DNA of 64,000 nucleotides from Anolis carolinensis (lineage: Eukaryota): the NCBI RefSeq assembly GCF_035594765.1, contig NC_085844.1, positions 138,648,107 through 138,712,106 on the forward strand. The letters run 5' to 3'. The position numbers and the translations under genes were made by a program. Under the pieces are notes generated by a model, which did no database searches, was not told where the DNA came from, and was given only the letters and a program-made list of their open reading frames with translations. Shown in pieces: positions 38,341-51,259 of this stretch. Each line of letters opens with the position of its first letter. Within the stretch, counting starts at the first letter, position 1.

Positions 38341-38937
38341 GTTCTCAACCTTTTTAATGCTAAAGGTAAAGGTAAAGGTTTCCCCTGACGTTAAGTCCAG
38401 TTGTGACCAACTCTGGGGGTTGGTGCTCATCTCCGTTTCTAAGCCGAAGAGCCGGTGTTGTCCATAGACATCTCCAGGTCATGTGGCCAGCATGACTGCA
38501 CGGAGTGCCGTTACCTTCCCGCCGGAGCGGTACCTATTGATCTACTCACATTTGCATGTTTTCGAACTGCTAGGTTGGCAGGAGCTGGGGTTAACAGCGG
38601 GCGCTCATTACGTTTCTGGGATTTGAGCCTGGGACCTTTCGGTCCACAAGTTCAGCAGCTCAGCGCTTTAACACACTTTGCCACCTTAATACAGTTCCTC
38701 ATGTTGTGGTGATCCCCAACCATAAAATTATTTTTGTTGCTACTTCATAACTGTAAGTTTACTACTGTTATGAATTGTAATGTAAATATCTGATATACAG
38801 GATATATTTTCATTCACTGGACCAACTTTGGCACAAATAACCAATACACCCAAATTTGAATACTGGTAGGGTTGGGGAAGAGATTGATTTTGTCATTTGC
38901 AAGTTGTAGTTGCTGGGATTTGTAGTTCATCTACAAT
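38341..38937. mobile_element. SPIN/URR1-like hAT non-autonomous element, interrupted by a Sauria SINE
   Basis: gttctcaacct..taatgc [SINE] ttaatacagttcctcatgttgtggtgatccccaaccataaaattatttttgttgctacttcataactgtaa matches the recalled SPIN/URR1 terminal sequence. Confidence 0.8.
38362..38685 (-). mobile_element. Sauria SINE
   Basis: Consensus match. Confidence 0.92.
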
Positions 38938-39181
38938 CAGGGCCGTAGCCAGAAAAAAATTCGGGAGGGGTTTTGAAAATTTTGGGAGGGGGGATTTGAA
39001 CCCCTGGCACGCACACACACACACACACACCCCGCCCCCGGCTACAGGCCTGTCAATATCTGCTTGAGATCGTGCCTGGAGGGACTCTTAATTTTTTGCA
39101 TCTCATAGACTTAGCATGGGAATTTGGTTAACCAGTTAAAATTAATGAGTAAACCAGGTTTTTTTTAATCTGAAAATTTTT
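38938..39181. mobile_element. hAT MITE (truncated)
   Basis: Reverse complement of most of 54458-54737. Confidence 0.8.
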
Positions 39182-39318
39182 GTTATCAATCTATATAAGG
39201 AACACTGTATTCTGAACAAATAAATCCTCCAGAAGACTAAAAAATACACAGGGTTTTGTTTTCCAAACATATGTTTTTTGATATGTTTAGTCCCTAGTTA
39301 GTCAACTTTTATAAGGTA

Positions 39319-41622
39319 CTAGCTGTGCCCGGCCACGCGTTGCTGTGGCGAAGTATGGTGGTATGGGAAATAAAGTATTGAGGAATTGGTGGTAGTTAAG
39401 GTAAAGGGTAAACGTTTTCCCCTGACATTAAGTCCAGTTGTGTCTGACTCTGGGGGTTGGTGCTCATCTCCATTTCTAAGTCGAAGAGCTGGCGTTGTCC
39501 GTAGACTCCTCCAAGGTCATGTGAGATGACTGCATGGAGCGGCGTTACCTTCCCGCCGGAGCAGTACCTATTGATGCACTCACATTTGCATGTTTTTGAA
39601 CTTCTGGGTTGGCAGAAGCTGGGGCTAACAGTGGGGGCTCTCTCCGCTCCCCCAATTCAAACCTGCGGCCTTTCGGTCCAGAAGTTCAGCAGCTCAGCGC
39701 TTTAACATGCTGCGCCATTAGGGAATATTATTTCCTAAAGGTTGTGAATATACAATATTTCTGATTGTTTTTTTTTTTTTGTCTGTTGGAGGCAAGTATG
39801 AATGCTGCAATTAGGGAAAATGATTAGGATGTAATGGCCTTGCAGCTTTAAAGCCTGGCTATTTTCTCCCTGAGTGAATTTTTTGTTGGGAGGTGTTAAC
39901 TGGCTCTGATTGTTTCCTGTCTGGAATTCCCTTGTTTTCAGAGTGGTGTTCTTTGCGATATTTTATGTGCTTCTACTGTCTGCGGCCCACCAGATTTTGA
40001 TGATGGGAATACTTTGTTGGGAGATGTTAGCTGGCCCTGATTGTTTCCTGTGTGGAATTCCCCTGTTTTCAGAGTGTTATTCTTTATTTAGTGTTCTGAT
40101 TTTAGAGATTGTATTGTTCTGTTTTATTATACCACATTAATTTTTATATATTCTGATTTTAGTGTTTTTGAATACTTGGAGCCAGATTGTATCTATTTTC
40201 ACGGTTGACTGCAACACAATAATAATAATAATAATGATAGTAATAATGATGACTTTGGTAATACACAGTGCTTCACTCCCTTCTCAGCTTCCTTTCTGGA
40301 AGAATCCTTTCTTGGGAGGTGGTAGCTGGCCCTGATTGTTTCCTTTGTGGAATTTCCAATTTCCCTGCTTTCAGAGTGTTGCTCTTTATTTACTGTCCTG
40401 GTTTTAGAGATTATATTGTTCTGCATTATTCTATCCCAGTAATTATTTCATATTAAAGTAGAATCTCACTTATCCAACATTCGCTTATCCAATGTTCTGG
40501 ATTATCCAACGCAGTCTGCCTTTTTGTAATCAATGTTTTTGTAGTCAGTGTTTTAAATTCATTGTGATATTTTAGTGATAAATTTGTAAATACAGTACAG
40601 TCGAGTCTCACTTATCCAACATAAACGGGCCGGCAGAATGTTGGATAAGCGAATATGTTGGATAATAAGGAGAGATTAAGGAAAAGCCTATTAAACATCA
40701 AATAAGGTTATGATTTTACAAATGAAGCACCAAAACATCATGTTAGACAACAAATTTGGCAGAAAAAGTAGTTCAATACGCAGTAATGCTATGTAGTAAT
40801 TACTGTATTTATGAATTTAGCACCAAAATATCACGATATATTGAAAACATTGACTACAAAAATGCGCTGGATAATCCAGAACGTTGGATAAGCGAATGTA
40901 GGATAAGTGAGACTCTACTGTAATTACTACATAGCATTACTGCGCATGGAACTACTTTTTCTGTCAAATTTGTTGTATAATATGAGGTTTTGGTGCTTAA
41001 TTTGTATAACAATTACCTAATTTGATGTTTAATTGGCTTTTCCTGAATCCCTTCTTATTATCCAACATATTCACTTATCCAACGTTCTGCCGGCCTGTTT
41101 ATGTTGGATAAGTGAGACTCTACTGTATATTGATAATCTTATATTATCTGCTTAGAACTGGATTATATGAGGCCCCTTCTTCACAGCTGTATAAAATGCA
41201 CACTGAAGGATTATATGGTAGTGTGGAGTCAAGATAATCCAGTGCAAAGCAGATAATATAAGATTATAAATGGGTTATATAGCTGTGTGGAAGGGCCTTG
41301 AGTCTACACTGCCATATAGTCCAGTGCAAATTAGATATTCTGTGGATGAGGCCTAAGTGAGGCCTAAATTTGCCTGTCCCCTGGGCTGAGTTGGTTGCTA
41401 GGAGACCAAGTGGGCAGAGATTAGCCCTCTAACTGGCAGCAATTGGATACAAACAATTATTCCTCTCCCTCTAATTAGAACTTTATTTTTCTTTTCTTTT
41501 TGTTGTATCAACCTAGAGGCGTGGATGATGGGTTGTATTGTCAAATTTCGAGGTTGGGGGGCCTGTAGTTTTGTTGTTTTGTCCGCTGCCGTGATGCCAT
41601 CACTCATTTATATATATATAGA
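39319..41622 (-). mobile_element. Composite non-autonomous Helitron
   Basis: The minus strand starts TCTATATATATA and ends with hairpin GCCAC-agcaacgc-GTGGC...CTAG|T. No TSD. The interior is made of other TEs. Confidence 0.85.
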
Positions 41623-41731
41623 AGTCATTAAGAAGACATAAGTACTTTCTAAATAATGTTCTGGATGACTTACTCACACCTCAAAAAGTCAGTATCGGGT
41701 GACCATATTTTGCTGGTCTCAGATTTCAATA

Positions 41732-42054
41732 CAGTAGAGTCTCGCTTATCCAACGTAAACGGGCCGGCAGAATGTTGGATAAGCGAATATGTTGGATAAT
41801 AAGGAGAGATTAAGGAAAAGCCTATTAAACATCAAATTAGGTTATGATTTTACAAATTAAGCACCAAAACATCATGTTATACAACAAATTTGACAGAAAA
41901 AGTAGTTCAATACGCAGTAATGCTATGTAGTAATTACTGTATTTACGAATTTAGCACCAAAATATCACGTTGTATTGAAAACATTGACTACAAAAATGCG
42001 TTGGATAATCCAGAACGTTGGATAAGCGAGTGTTGGATAAGTGAGACTCTACTG
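41732..42054. mobile_element. Tigger/pogo-like MITE
   Basis: TIR cagtagagtctc(g/a)cttatccaac; TA TSD. Confidence 0.9.
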
Positions 42055-42659
42055 TACATAGTTGAAACCTCACCTGAACTGTAGCACAGAGATTCTGACA
42101 GTCATGTTCTTAAGTCTAGTTTACTCTCCAGGATACCTTTAACTTGTTAATACAAGTAAAGGAATTTAGTTTACATAGTATATAATAACTGTTTATCAAG
42201 AAATTCTACGTTCAGTCAACCACTTTCTATCTGCAGGTTGGACTGGGCTGGGCTCAGGGCTAGGCTGAACAGAGCTAGGTTTCATATGCTAAGCCTGTGT
42301 GTCCTCATATGTCTTCAAATAGATTGGAAGAGACATAGACATTTTAAACACAACTATTGTTGGCTGATATTTTTGGTAGGTATGAGAAATGTGCCCCCCC
42401 CAGGGACATGTTTGTGGTCCTCAGGAACCAGTTTGAATTTTTAAAAATGCTCTCAAATACCATTTGGAAGAATTATGCCCACCCCTAGTGAATCCAGGGG
42501 ATATTTGGAAGCCAAATGTTTTGTGATTTTTTTAAACTACAGGAGGGGCTTGGCACTCTTTTATAAAATAAAATAGAAAATCAAGTTAAGAAAGTAACCA
42601 GTCTTCAGTTTGTCTAGGTGACTGAAAAATGTGGGTTATGTTTTGCTAATGCTATAGAT

Positions 42660-43179
42660 CAGAGCTTTCCAAACTGTGTGCTGGGCTACACTAGTACGTA
42701 TGTTGCTTGTAGTCTCTAGGTATGTCGCGTGAAAAATGTTCTCCCTCCCATTCCCACAAACAAATATGTGTGTGTGTGTTTCATTTACTGTATAAACTAG
42801 GTTCAGAATTTTTTCCTTTCCACTTATGTACTACAGTTGATTCTTGTGTCGTTTCCTCAGTAGCCGCACCATGTGGTTCGTCACAAACATTATTGTCAAC
42901 AGGCTTTCTTTTCTTAAATAGAAATGTATCCATTTTAGCAGCAGTTACTGTAACTCAATTAACAAATTGTGCAAATTGTAAAAGTACCTACAAAACTGTA
43001 CATGATATGAAACCTGTATATATTATACATTATTTAATATATATGGTGTATTACATAAAATGAAACTTTTATAAAGGATTGCTTTAACCGCTGTTTGCCA
43101 GTAAAACTGAATTACCATATTGTGAAAGGATGCATGTCTAAAAAGTGTGTCACCAACATGAAAAGTTTGGAAAGCTGTG
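42660..43179. mobile_element. Non-autonomous hAT element
   Basis: TIR cagagctttccaaact / agtttggaaagctgtg; TSD ctatagat/ctaaagat. Confidence 0.85.
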
Positions 43180-43739
43180 CTAAAGATAATGAAGTCACCT
43201 GACATCCTAAGGTATGTTCACATAAGATACAAACAGTAGTCTAGCGTTTAGTACTCAGTTATTCACACTTGTGGTGGTGGAGGCTAAACAAACTATGCAA
43301 ATTTCACAGTTGGTTTATTGTAAAAGTATACATTGTATAGCCCTCCAGATGTTGTTGGACTGTAAATCCCAGCAGCATGTGCCAGCATAGCTATGGGGAA
43401 TGCTGAGGGCTGTCAGCCCAGATTTATTGAGCTTTCTGACAGCGAGCAGCTTTCCATTTTCTGTTTGTTCAGTTTGCTCCCTCCCAGCAAACCAAAGAAA
43501 GAAGCCCAGATTCTTTCTGCCTCAGTTACCAAATCCAATTTGGAAAGCCCTTATTCCATTCTTCAGATGCCTTGTTTTGTTATTTCTGAATAAGTTTCCT
43601 ACGTATTGGATTGCACATTGAAATAACTACATAGTACCTTTATAGATAATCTAATCCACTCTCCTGCTGAAGCAGGATAACCTGTATCATGGCATCTCTG
43701 ATAGGTGACAGTCAATTTAACCCCTGTTTTATTCTGCAG

Positions 43740-43772
43740 ATGTCAAAAGTGCATCCCAGTGAAAGAGATCAA
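43740..43772 (+). other. Candidate 33-nt cassette exon in the RIN2 5' region
   Basis: cccctgttttattctgcAG acceptor and CAA|gtatgt donor in non-repeat sequence. Confidence 0.35.
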
Positions 43773-44361
43773 GTATGTGCATGTTGGCTTTTACTGTAAT
43801 CTCTTTCCATCTCCATTTGTTTGTTGAATCTGAAAGTTTCTATAGTGCTATGCAACTTCCAACTGAATAGAACTTCTGAGTTTCCCTGACTGGAATCCCT
43901 AAAATATCAGTGTTCACAATCATGGGAGCTTTACAACCATGCTCAGCACATGAAAGTCTTGAATGTTACTTTGGCATGCATGTCTTTAGTGAGCAGTGCA
44001 AATATGTACAAACCCCACTGTACCTTTTTGTCCTATACACAAGCAGACAAATATCTGGCGAATGCTACAAATGTTGTGCAGTGGATGTGGCCTCTGCTAT
44101 AAGGCAGATCCTTTGCAGTATCATGGTCAAATGTGAATAATTGGCCAGTGGCATAAGAAGAGTTATTTAGTGTTCGGTAGGTCCTGTAGCGTGATATAGG
44201 GGATAGAGTATTGCATTAGGATTTTGAAAGACCAGGGTTAAAATCCTTTCTTAGCTATACAAATCCAGTGAGTGATCTTGGGCAGGTCCAAAAGGACAGT
44301 AATGACAAACTATCTCTAAATAATTTTTGCCAAGAAACTCAATGATAGGTATCACAATATA

Positions 44362-45357
44362 TGTTGTGGATGAGTCTCTAAGTAGTAGTAACAACAGGGA
44401 ATTGTAGAGTAGGCAGGCAGAAAGGTCTACTCGGGAACAAGATCCTATAGAAGAGCAACAGCAGAAGAGGATTCGGCAAATACCCGCTGATGAAGAGTCT
44501 TTTGAAAGGTTTGATGGGGATGATGGGTTTGACAATGAAGCAGTTTCTATGAGAAGTGCTGGGAGTGACACTGATGAGGTTGTGGATGAGATGGATTGGA
44601 CAAAAGTAGCAGAAGTGGGTGAGGAGCCTACAAGTAGTGGCACATTCAGAAGATCTGTTGGGAATGAAACTTGGAGGGAAGATGATTTGTCTGCTGTTTG
44701 GGAGGATGTAAGTAGAAGCAAGAGAAGGGCCGCTTGGCAGGCAAGGCAAAGAGCAGCTCGGGCAGCACAACTGGCAGCTGAGCGTGGGCTGTTGCCTGAT
44801 TCTAGTTCGGAGGACAATACAGGAGCAGCTGAGGGTGGGGCGTTGGCTGATTGCAACTCAGAGGAAGGTTTGTAATAAAATGGTTGCAATAGGGACCTTG
44901 CGACTGGCATGTTGCATGTTATGCTGGGTTGTGATTCCTGAACTTTGTGGATTTTTTGGGATTTGCTACTGTTCTTGGTTTGGACCTTGGATCGCTTCTG
45001 GACATCGTGTTTGCTCTTATGCCCTGACTTTGGATTGGACGTTGACGCTGCTGCTGTATCCTGTTTGCTGTGGATGACCCCTAGACCGGCTTGACTATGA
45101 CTTTACTTCATCTTGGAACGTGTTCGCTGAAACAATAGCGAGTGTTTCTCCTCTGCCGGGTATTTTGGTTAGTGGGTTGGGATTTTTTAGGACTTCGGGA
45201 CTCTCTGTTTTACCTCCTTTTTGACTGGTTGGTCTGTGTTTGTTTTTGAATACTATTTTGCTGCTGTTAAGCATTTTTGATTCTTTTGAGCTGTATCTTC
45301 ATTAAACTATTGTTACTTTGTACTTGGGACTGACTTCGTGGTATCTGTACCTTGATA
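44362..45357 (+). mobile_element. Solo LTR (probably Gypsy), inserted in an older SINE
   Basis: Starts TGTTGTGG, has ATTAAA at 45301 and ends ..TTGATA (CA>TA). Flanks are atata/ttata, and the host SINE (44190-44360) resumes afterwards. Confidence 0.7.
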
Positions 45358-45543
45358 TTATAGGTATTGCCATTTCCTATATAAATATCTCTAAAAATGA
45401 AAGGTGTCTTAGAATCACAGGTGTATCTTATATATCTTTATTGTTGGTGGTGGTACTGAAATGTCTTACAACTGAAGAAATATAGTAGTTCAAGAATATT
45501 GAGACTTCTGGAAGTAGACTGCACACGTAACAATTTTTATATA

Positions 45544-46954
45544 CCGTGTTTCCCCGAAAATAAGACCTCCCCAAAGAATAAGACCTAGCAGGGCTTTGGG
45601 GGGATTGCCAAATATAAGGCCTCCCCTGAAAGTAAGACCTAGCAACTAAGGCTGCAGCAGAGTTCCATTGGGAAGCATGGCTGCAGGGCTAAAGCAGCAC
45701 TCCTCATACACACACCGGAGGGAGGGAGGGAGGGAGGGAGGGAAAGTGCTTGTTTTCTGTGCCTCCCTCCCTCCCTGCCTTGCCTTGCCTTTCCTGTTCC
45801 CCCAGCTGCGGCTTGAAAAACCTTCCATGGCTGCTGCTGCGCTGCCGTTTCTTCCTTCCTTCTGTCTCCCTCCTGGCCATGCTGCCTTCACCCCAAGGCT
45901 TCTGATTGGCTCCTGGAGCCCGGGCAAGGGAGGGTGGGAGGGAAGGAAGAGGGCTTTCCACTCCTCCCCAAGGCTTCGCTCCTTAAAGGTACAGGACGCA
46001 TTGGGATTCTCCTCTCATCCTTATTCCTATCCTATGCCATGAAACTGATTATTTTATACTATTATTCTATTACCATATTATTATCATCATATTCTGTTAC
46101 TATTATTATATCCCATTATTATATTATCCTATTAATATATTTTAAATCATTATACTATATTTTTCTATTATTATTATTATATCATTATATTATTATTCTA
46201 TTATTATTCTATTATATTTTCATATTATTATATTATTATTCTGTTATTATTAAATTCCATTTTATATTACCCTATTAATATATTTTATATCATTATATTC
46301 TATACTATTATTCTATTATATTATCATATTATTATTTTATTATTATTAGCATATTCTGTTATTATTATATTCCATTTTATATTATCCTATTAATATATTT
46401 TATATCATTCTATTCCATTCTATTATTCTATTATATTATCCTATTATTATTATATTATTATGCTATTCTGTTATTATATCCCATTATTATATTATCCTAT
46501 TAATACCATATTATTATCATATTCTGTTATTATTATATCCTATATTATATTATCTCATTAATATATTGTATATCATTATATTATTATTATATTATCATAT
46601 TATTATTATAGTATATTATATTATTCATCATTAATGACTACATTGAAACTAGAATAGAGAGAAATCAGCGTGGAAACCTTGTGAAACCTAAATTGCAAGA
46701 GGTACCATAGATTGTTGTACATGGAAATAATGGTAGTAACAAGAAATTCTTGATAGGATTCATAGTTTGTCTGGTTATGCTGGTTTGTGATGACAACTAC
46801 TTTACAGTATATAATAAATGTTCATTTTGTTGTTCAACAATAAATGTGAGCTCTTCTTCATGGAAAAATAAGACATCCCCTGAAAATAAGACCTAGTGCA
46901 TCTTTGGGAGCAAAAATTAATATAAGACCCTGTCTTATTTTCGGGGAAACAGGG
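45544..46954. mobile_element. Non-autonomous Tc2/pogo-like DNA transposon with GC-rich and (TAT)-rich internal segments
   Basis: TIR ccgtgtttccccgaaaataagac / gtcttattttcggggaaacaggg, TA TSD, and subterminal taagacc repeats. Confidence 0.88.
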
Positions 46955-48819
46955 TAGTGGTCTCATATCTTTTAGGATGCATGTCAGTTTCCTTTATTTG
47001 AACATCAATCTTCCAGTTGCCTCATGGTGAAGGGGTGCCCCCCAACTCAGTGGACAGACTGTTCAACCAAAGGGATTTACACTTTTTGTATTGGAATATT
47101 CTGATAGAATTTGTTTAGCTTCTTGTTCCTACCTTTTTTCTGTGTTGACATTGGAATTCTTTTGCTAAAGGGCTATGATGCTTTCATCTGTTCTAAAACC
47201 CAGTCAGTTAGTAACAAACTGCTCTATTCTGAACTGACTGGCAGTTTTGTGTAAGGTGTATAGCAGTAGTGTGACTAGGGGCAAAAAAATAAAGACATGG
47301 TATGATCAGAACATGTATGTTTCACACAGCAGTTGGGGAAGTCATTTTTTTGGACTACAGCTCTTAGAATCCCTCATCCAGCATGTCCATCTTGGCTGAG
47401 AGCATCTGGAAATTGTGGTCCAAAAAAAGAGGAACTTTTCCACGCTCTAGTCTAAGAGTAATGCTCCATGTCGATGTTCTTTCACAAAATCTGTTTAGAG
47501 AAGATTCCATAGAATGCACACAAAAATCATGTTAAGTGACACGTTTGTGCTGCTTCGGTTTGTGCTGTGATTTGCCTCTAGTGAGTCTGTACAAGCTGTC
47601 CTGTTTCACCATGTGAGGGTGAACAAAATCTCTTTCTTACTGTTCTCGGAAGTTTGGATTTCTTCCCGCCCCCGCCTTTAAAATCCCATACTTTGTTTGC
47701 AATTACAGCTGGACTACCACAATGCAACATTGAGTTAAGAGATCTGTTAAGTACTGGCACCATAGACAGTTCCTGTGTTTTGGCTCTAGAATATCAATGC
47801 CATTCTGTGTGTAGCTATACCAGTGGACTGCTTGAACTAGGCTCTCGGCCGAGTACTGAGAAGAAAATCATTTCAAAAAAGTAAAGTTTGTAGATAAGAT
47901 ATGACCACCTTTATGAAAGAGCTGTACAGTTATATCAGTTAAAACAAGCTAGATTTTTGTTCCGTCTTAGAGGGGGTTTTGAGATTGTTTGATTATAGAA
48001 ATATGTATAGAGAGTTGACATATCAACTTTGTGATGGTGATGATGATGATATAATAATTCACTCATTCATGTGATCTTGGTAATTCTCTTGATCAAGTTG
48101 TAAGATGAGTTAGTATTATCCCCATATTCTAAAGAAAGTGTGTCCTTCAGGTAAAATTGGCATATATCTCATGATCCTATTACACTGCACATAATTTCAC
48201 TGATGAAAATATGTGAGTAAGCTATACAGCTACAAATAAAACAATCAAAGAAAGTATTTCTAGTCTATCTTCAATCTTTACATGAAAATAGTAAGATTTC
48301 CAAAATGTTGGTCCGTATCTTAGCCCCTGTCTCAAAGCAGTTTACTATTGAATATCCAAGGGCCCTTTAATTCTTCCAAACAGGCTTAGATGTTTGAAGA
48401 TAAAGGCATGTTGTTTGAATTTCTGAATGCCCCATTTCCTTTTGCAATAGAAGAGAGGATTCTTTGCCAAACAGCTTGCAGCAGACGCAGTTAAGAACAG
48501 AACATGCCTAGTATTTCAGTGTAAGAGCTAGAGAGTATGAACTGTATCCATATTAGCACCTGTGTATTTGACTTAAAACTGAAGTGGAATGAGCAAGGGA
48601 AGATTTATTATATTTGACACACAGTGCAGGCCCCTTTTTAACACCCGGTTATCTCCACAACAAAATTATTTTCATTAAGTGTAACAAATAATAATGTCCA
48701 TAAAAGAAACACAGACAATGAACATTTTCTTTTATTGAACATCGTATATACAACCATCCCACTAAATAAATAAACTGTAACCCTGGCTTTATACTTTTTT
48801 CCTTGACTTTCTTCAAGAG

Positions 48820-49800
48820 CCATTCCAAGTCTTTGCTAATGTTGGCTAGTAGTATGGTGTCATCTGCATATTTTTTATTGCTTCATCCAGTTTTCACATC
48901 TCTTTCTTCCAAGTCTAATACATCTTTATTTATGGTACAGTAGAGTCTCACTTATCCAACATAAACGGGCCGGCAGAATGTTGGATAAGCAAATATGTTG
49001 GATAATAAGGAGAGATTAAGAAAAAGCTTATTAAACATCAAAATAGGTTATGATTTTACAAATTAAGCACCAAAACATTATGTTATACAACAAATTTGAC
49101 AGGAAAAGTAGTTCATTACACATTAATGCTATGTAGTAATTACTGTATTTACGAATTTAGCACCAAAATATCACAATGCATTGAAAACATTGACTACAAA
49201 AATGTGTTGGATAATCCAGAATGTTGGATAAGTGAGTGTTGGATAAGTGAGACTATACTGTATGTTTAAGTATATAAAATAGATAGGGTGGTAAAATGTA
49301 GCATTTCCTGACCCTTTGCCAGTGGCAAACTGTTATGTTTCTCTGTATTATGACTTGACAGTGTTTTCTTGTCCACTGTATAAGCTACAGACCAAGACAA
49401 TAATAAATGTCATAGTGGACTCATGTCTTTAAGAGCAATCCATAGTATTTCAATAACTATGCAGTTTGAGACTTTGCTATAATCTACTTTGCTATAATCT
49501 ATTCAGTAACAGGTGATTTTCTTCTGAAAAATTTTATGTGTTCTATTATCCAATGGATGTTTGCAAGTGTGTCCTCCTTTTCTGAACTCAGTTTGGAAGC
49601 CTGGCATTTCTTATTCCACATTTGGTAAAAGTGTTGTAAAATTTTGCTTGCATGGAAGAGTAATGCAATGGCCTGGTGGTTACTGTAGTCTCTGGTATTT
49701 CCTTTCTTGGGGACTGGAATGTATATCAAGCATTTCCAGTCTGTGGGCCATGGTTTTGTTTGCAGATTTTAGTTAGAATTTGAGAAGTTTCGATCTGTCT
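48820..49800 (-). mobile_element. RTE/Bov-B LINE RT fragment, interrupted by a MITE
   Basis: YADDTILLA at ~48844-48870 and IYIPVPKKGNTRDYSNHQAIALLFHASKIL. Confidence 0.85.
48938..49260. mobile_element. Tigger/pogo-like MITE
   Basis: Same family as 41732; TA TSD. Confidence 0.9.
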
Positions 49801-49881
49801 AACTTAAAACAGGTCTATTGGTATGCCACCTGTTTCCGATTATTTATTTGACCCAAGTACTGTACCTTGAGAGCAGCTTCC

Positions 49882-50014
49882 CAGTGGTTCCCAACCTTTG
49901 GGCCTCTAGATGTTTTGGACTTCAACTCCCAGAAATCAGTCAGCTTACCAGCTGTTAGGAACTGTGGGAGCTGAAGTCCAAAACACCTGGAGGCCCAAAG
50001 GTTGAGAATCACTG
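49882..50014. mobile_element. ~133-bp hAT MITE variant
   Basis: cagtggttcccaacct / aggttgagaatcactg. Confidence 0.8.
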
Positions 50015-50583
50015 CACTATCTAAAATTATGAATTCATCTTCAAATGGTTGTTCCTTGAAACTGTTGATAATAGTGAGTCCTATGGAAATGATGAACTTC
50101 TGGTAAAAATTGGAAGGTTTCCAGGACAACTCTATAGTAACTTCCCCAAAAGCATGCCATAGAATCATCTGGAGAACCCTGAAAAATCTTAGGTAGGACA
50201 TATTTTGTCAGGTGAGAATGGGTGAAATCAAGGCATTGGCCCCGTAAGAATAGTGGTCAAAGTGCGATTTGTAGCTAGGATTAAAATAGCCCTGTTAGAC
50301 TGGATCTACTACCAGATAATGCAGTTTGAACTCATATAATGCAATGTAGACCCATACTTAGTGATTACCACACATTACATCAGAAAGCATGCAAGGTGTT
50401 CTATACCAGCTAAATCTTATGAGTCATTTTCAACAGCTGTTCCATAATAAGTGCTTTATAAAAAATCAAGCTTGGAACTCTGGATCAGCATGACAAAATC
50501 TGACATGCTTAGACATGACTCTTGTTTATCAAAAGATAGAGAAAGGTACTCCTGGTAGTTACCCTGATCTGTTCTTAGAAGTA

Positions 50584-50891
50584 CAGTAGAGTCTCGCTTA
50601 TCCAACATAAACGGGCCGGTAGAATGTTGGATAAGCGAGTATGTTAGATAATAAGGAGAGATTAAGAAAAAGCCTATTAAACATCAAAATAGGTTATGAT
50701 TTTACAAATTAAGCACCAAAACATTATGTTATACAACAAATTTGACAGAAAAAGTAGTTCATTACACATTAATGCTATGCAGTAATTACTGTATTTACGA
50801 ATTTAGCACCAAAATATCACAATGCATTGAAAACATTGACTACAAAAATGCATTGGATAATCCAGAATGTTGGATAAGTGAGACTCTACTG
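50584..50891. mobile_element. Tigger/pogo-like MITE
   Basis: Same family; TA TSD. Confidence 0.9.
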
Positions 50892-51259
50892 TAATGCCAA
50901 ATTTAGGAGGGATCCCTAAACTTACAACATGGTCAGGTGGTTTAGGAAATGGCATCCATTAAAGACTAATTTACCGCCTGCCAAAGTCACAAATATTTCC
51001 TGCCAGCATATAACCCTTCTCTCTGTATTCCGAAGTACATTTTTCATGGTTTCCGCCCAGATTCATCCACTTCTTTCTTTGCAGTAGATAGAAGAGAATT
51101 GAAATTATTTAAATAATCATGCTTAGTAGATAAGCTACTAAGGTATTGAAAAGTGTTGAGATCCAGATAGTGTGATAGCATGATGTAATAATTTGAACAT
51201 TGGGGTATGACTCTGGTACTCAAAGTTCAAATCCACGTTCAGCCACAGAAATCCGCATA

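Noticed and set aside
42237-42375. Possible additional RIN2 5' UTR exon (ctgcAG ... G|gtaggt)
   Set aside because: Only the splice-like motifs support it, and these arise often by chance in a 26-kb intron.
45934-46278. Hydrophobic I/L/Y-rich 114-aa ORF resembling a membrane protein
   Set aside because: It is the translation of a TAT low-complexity repeat.
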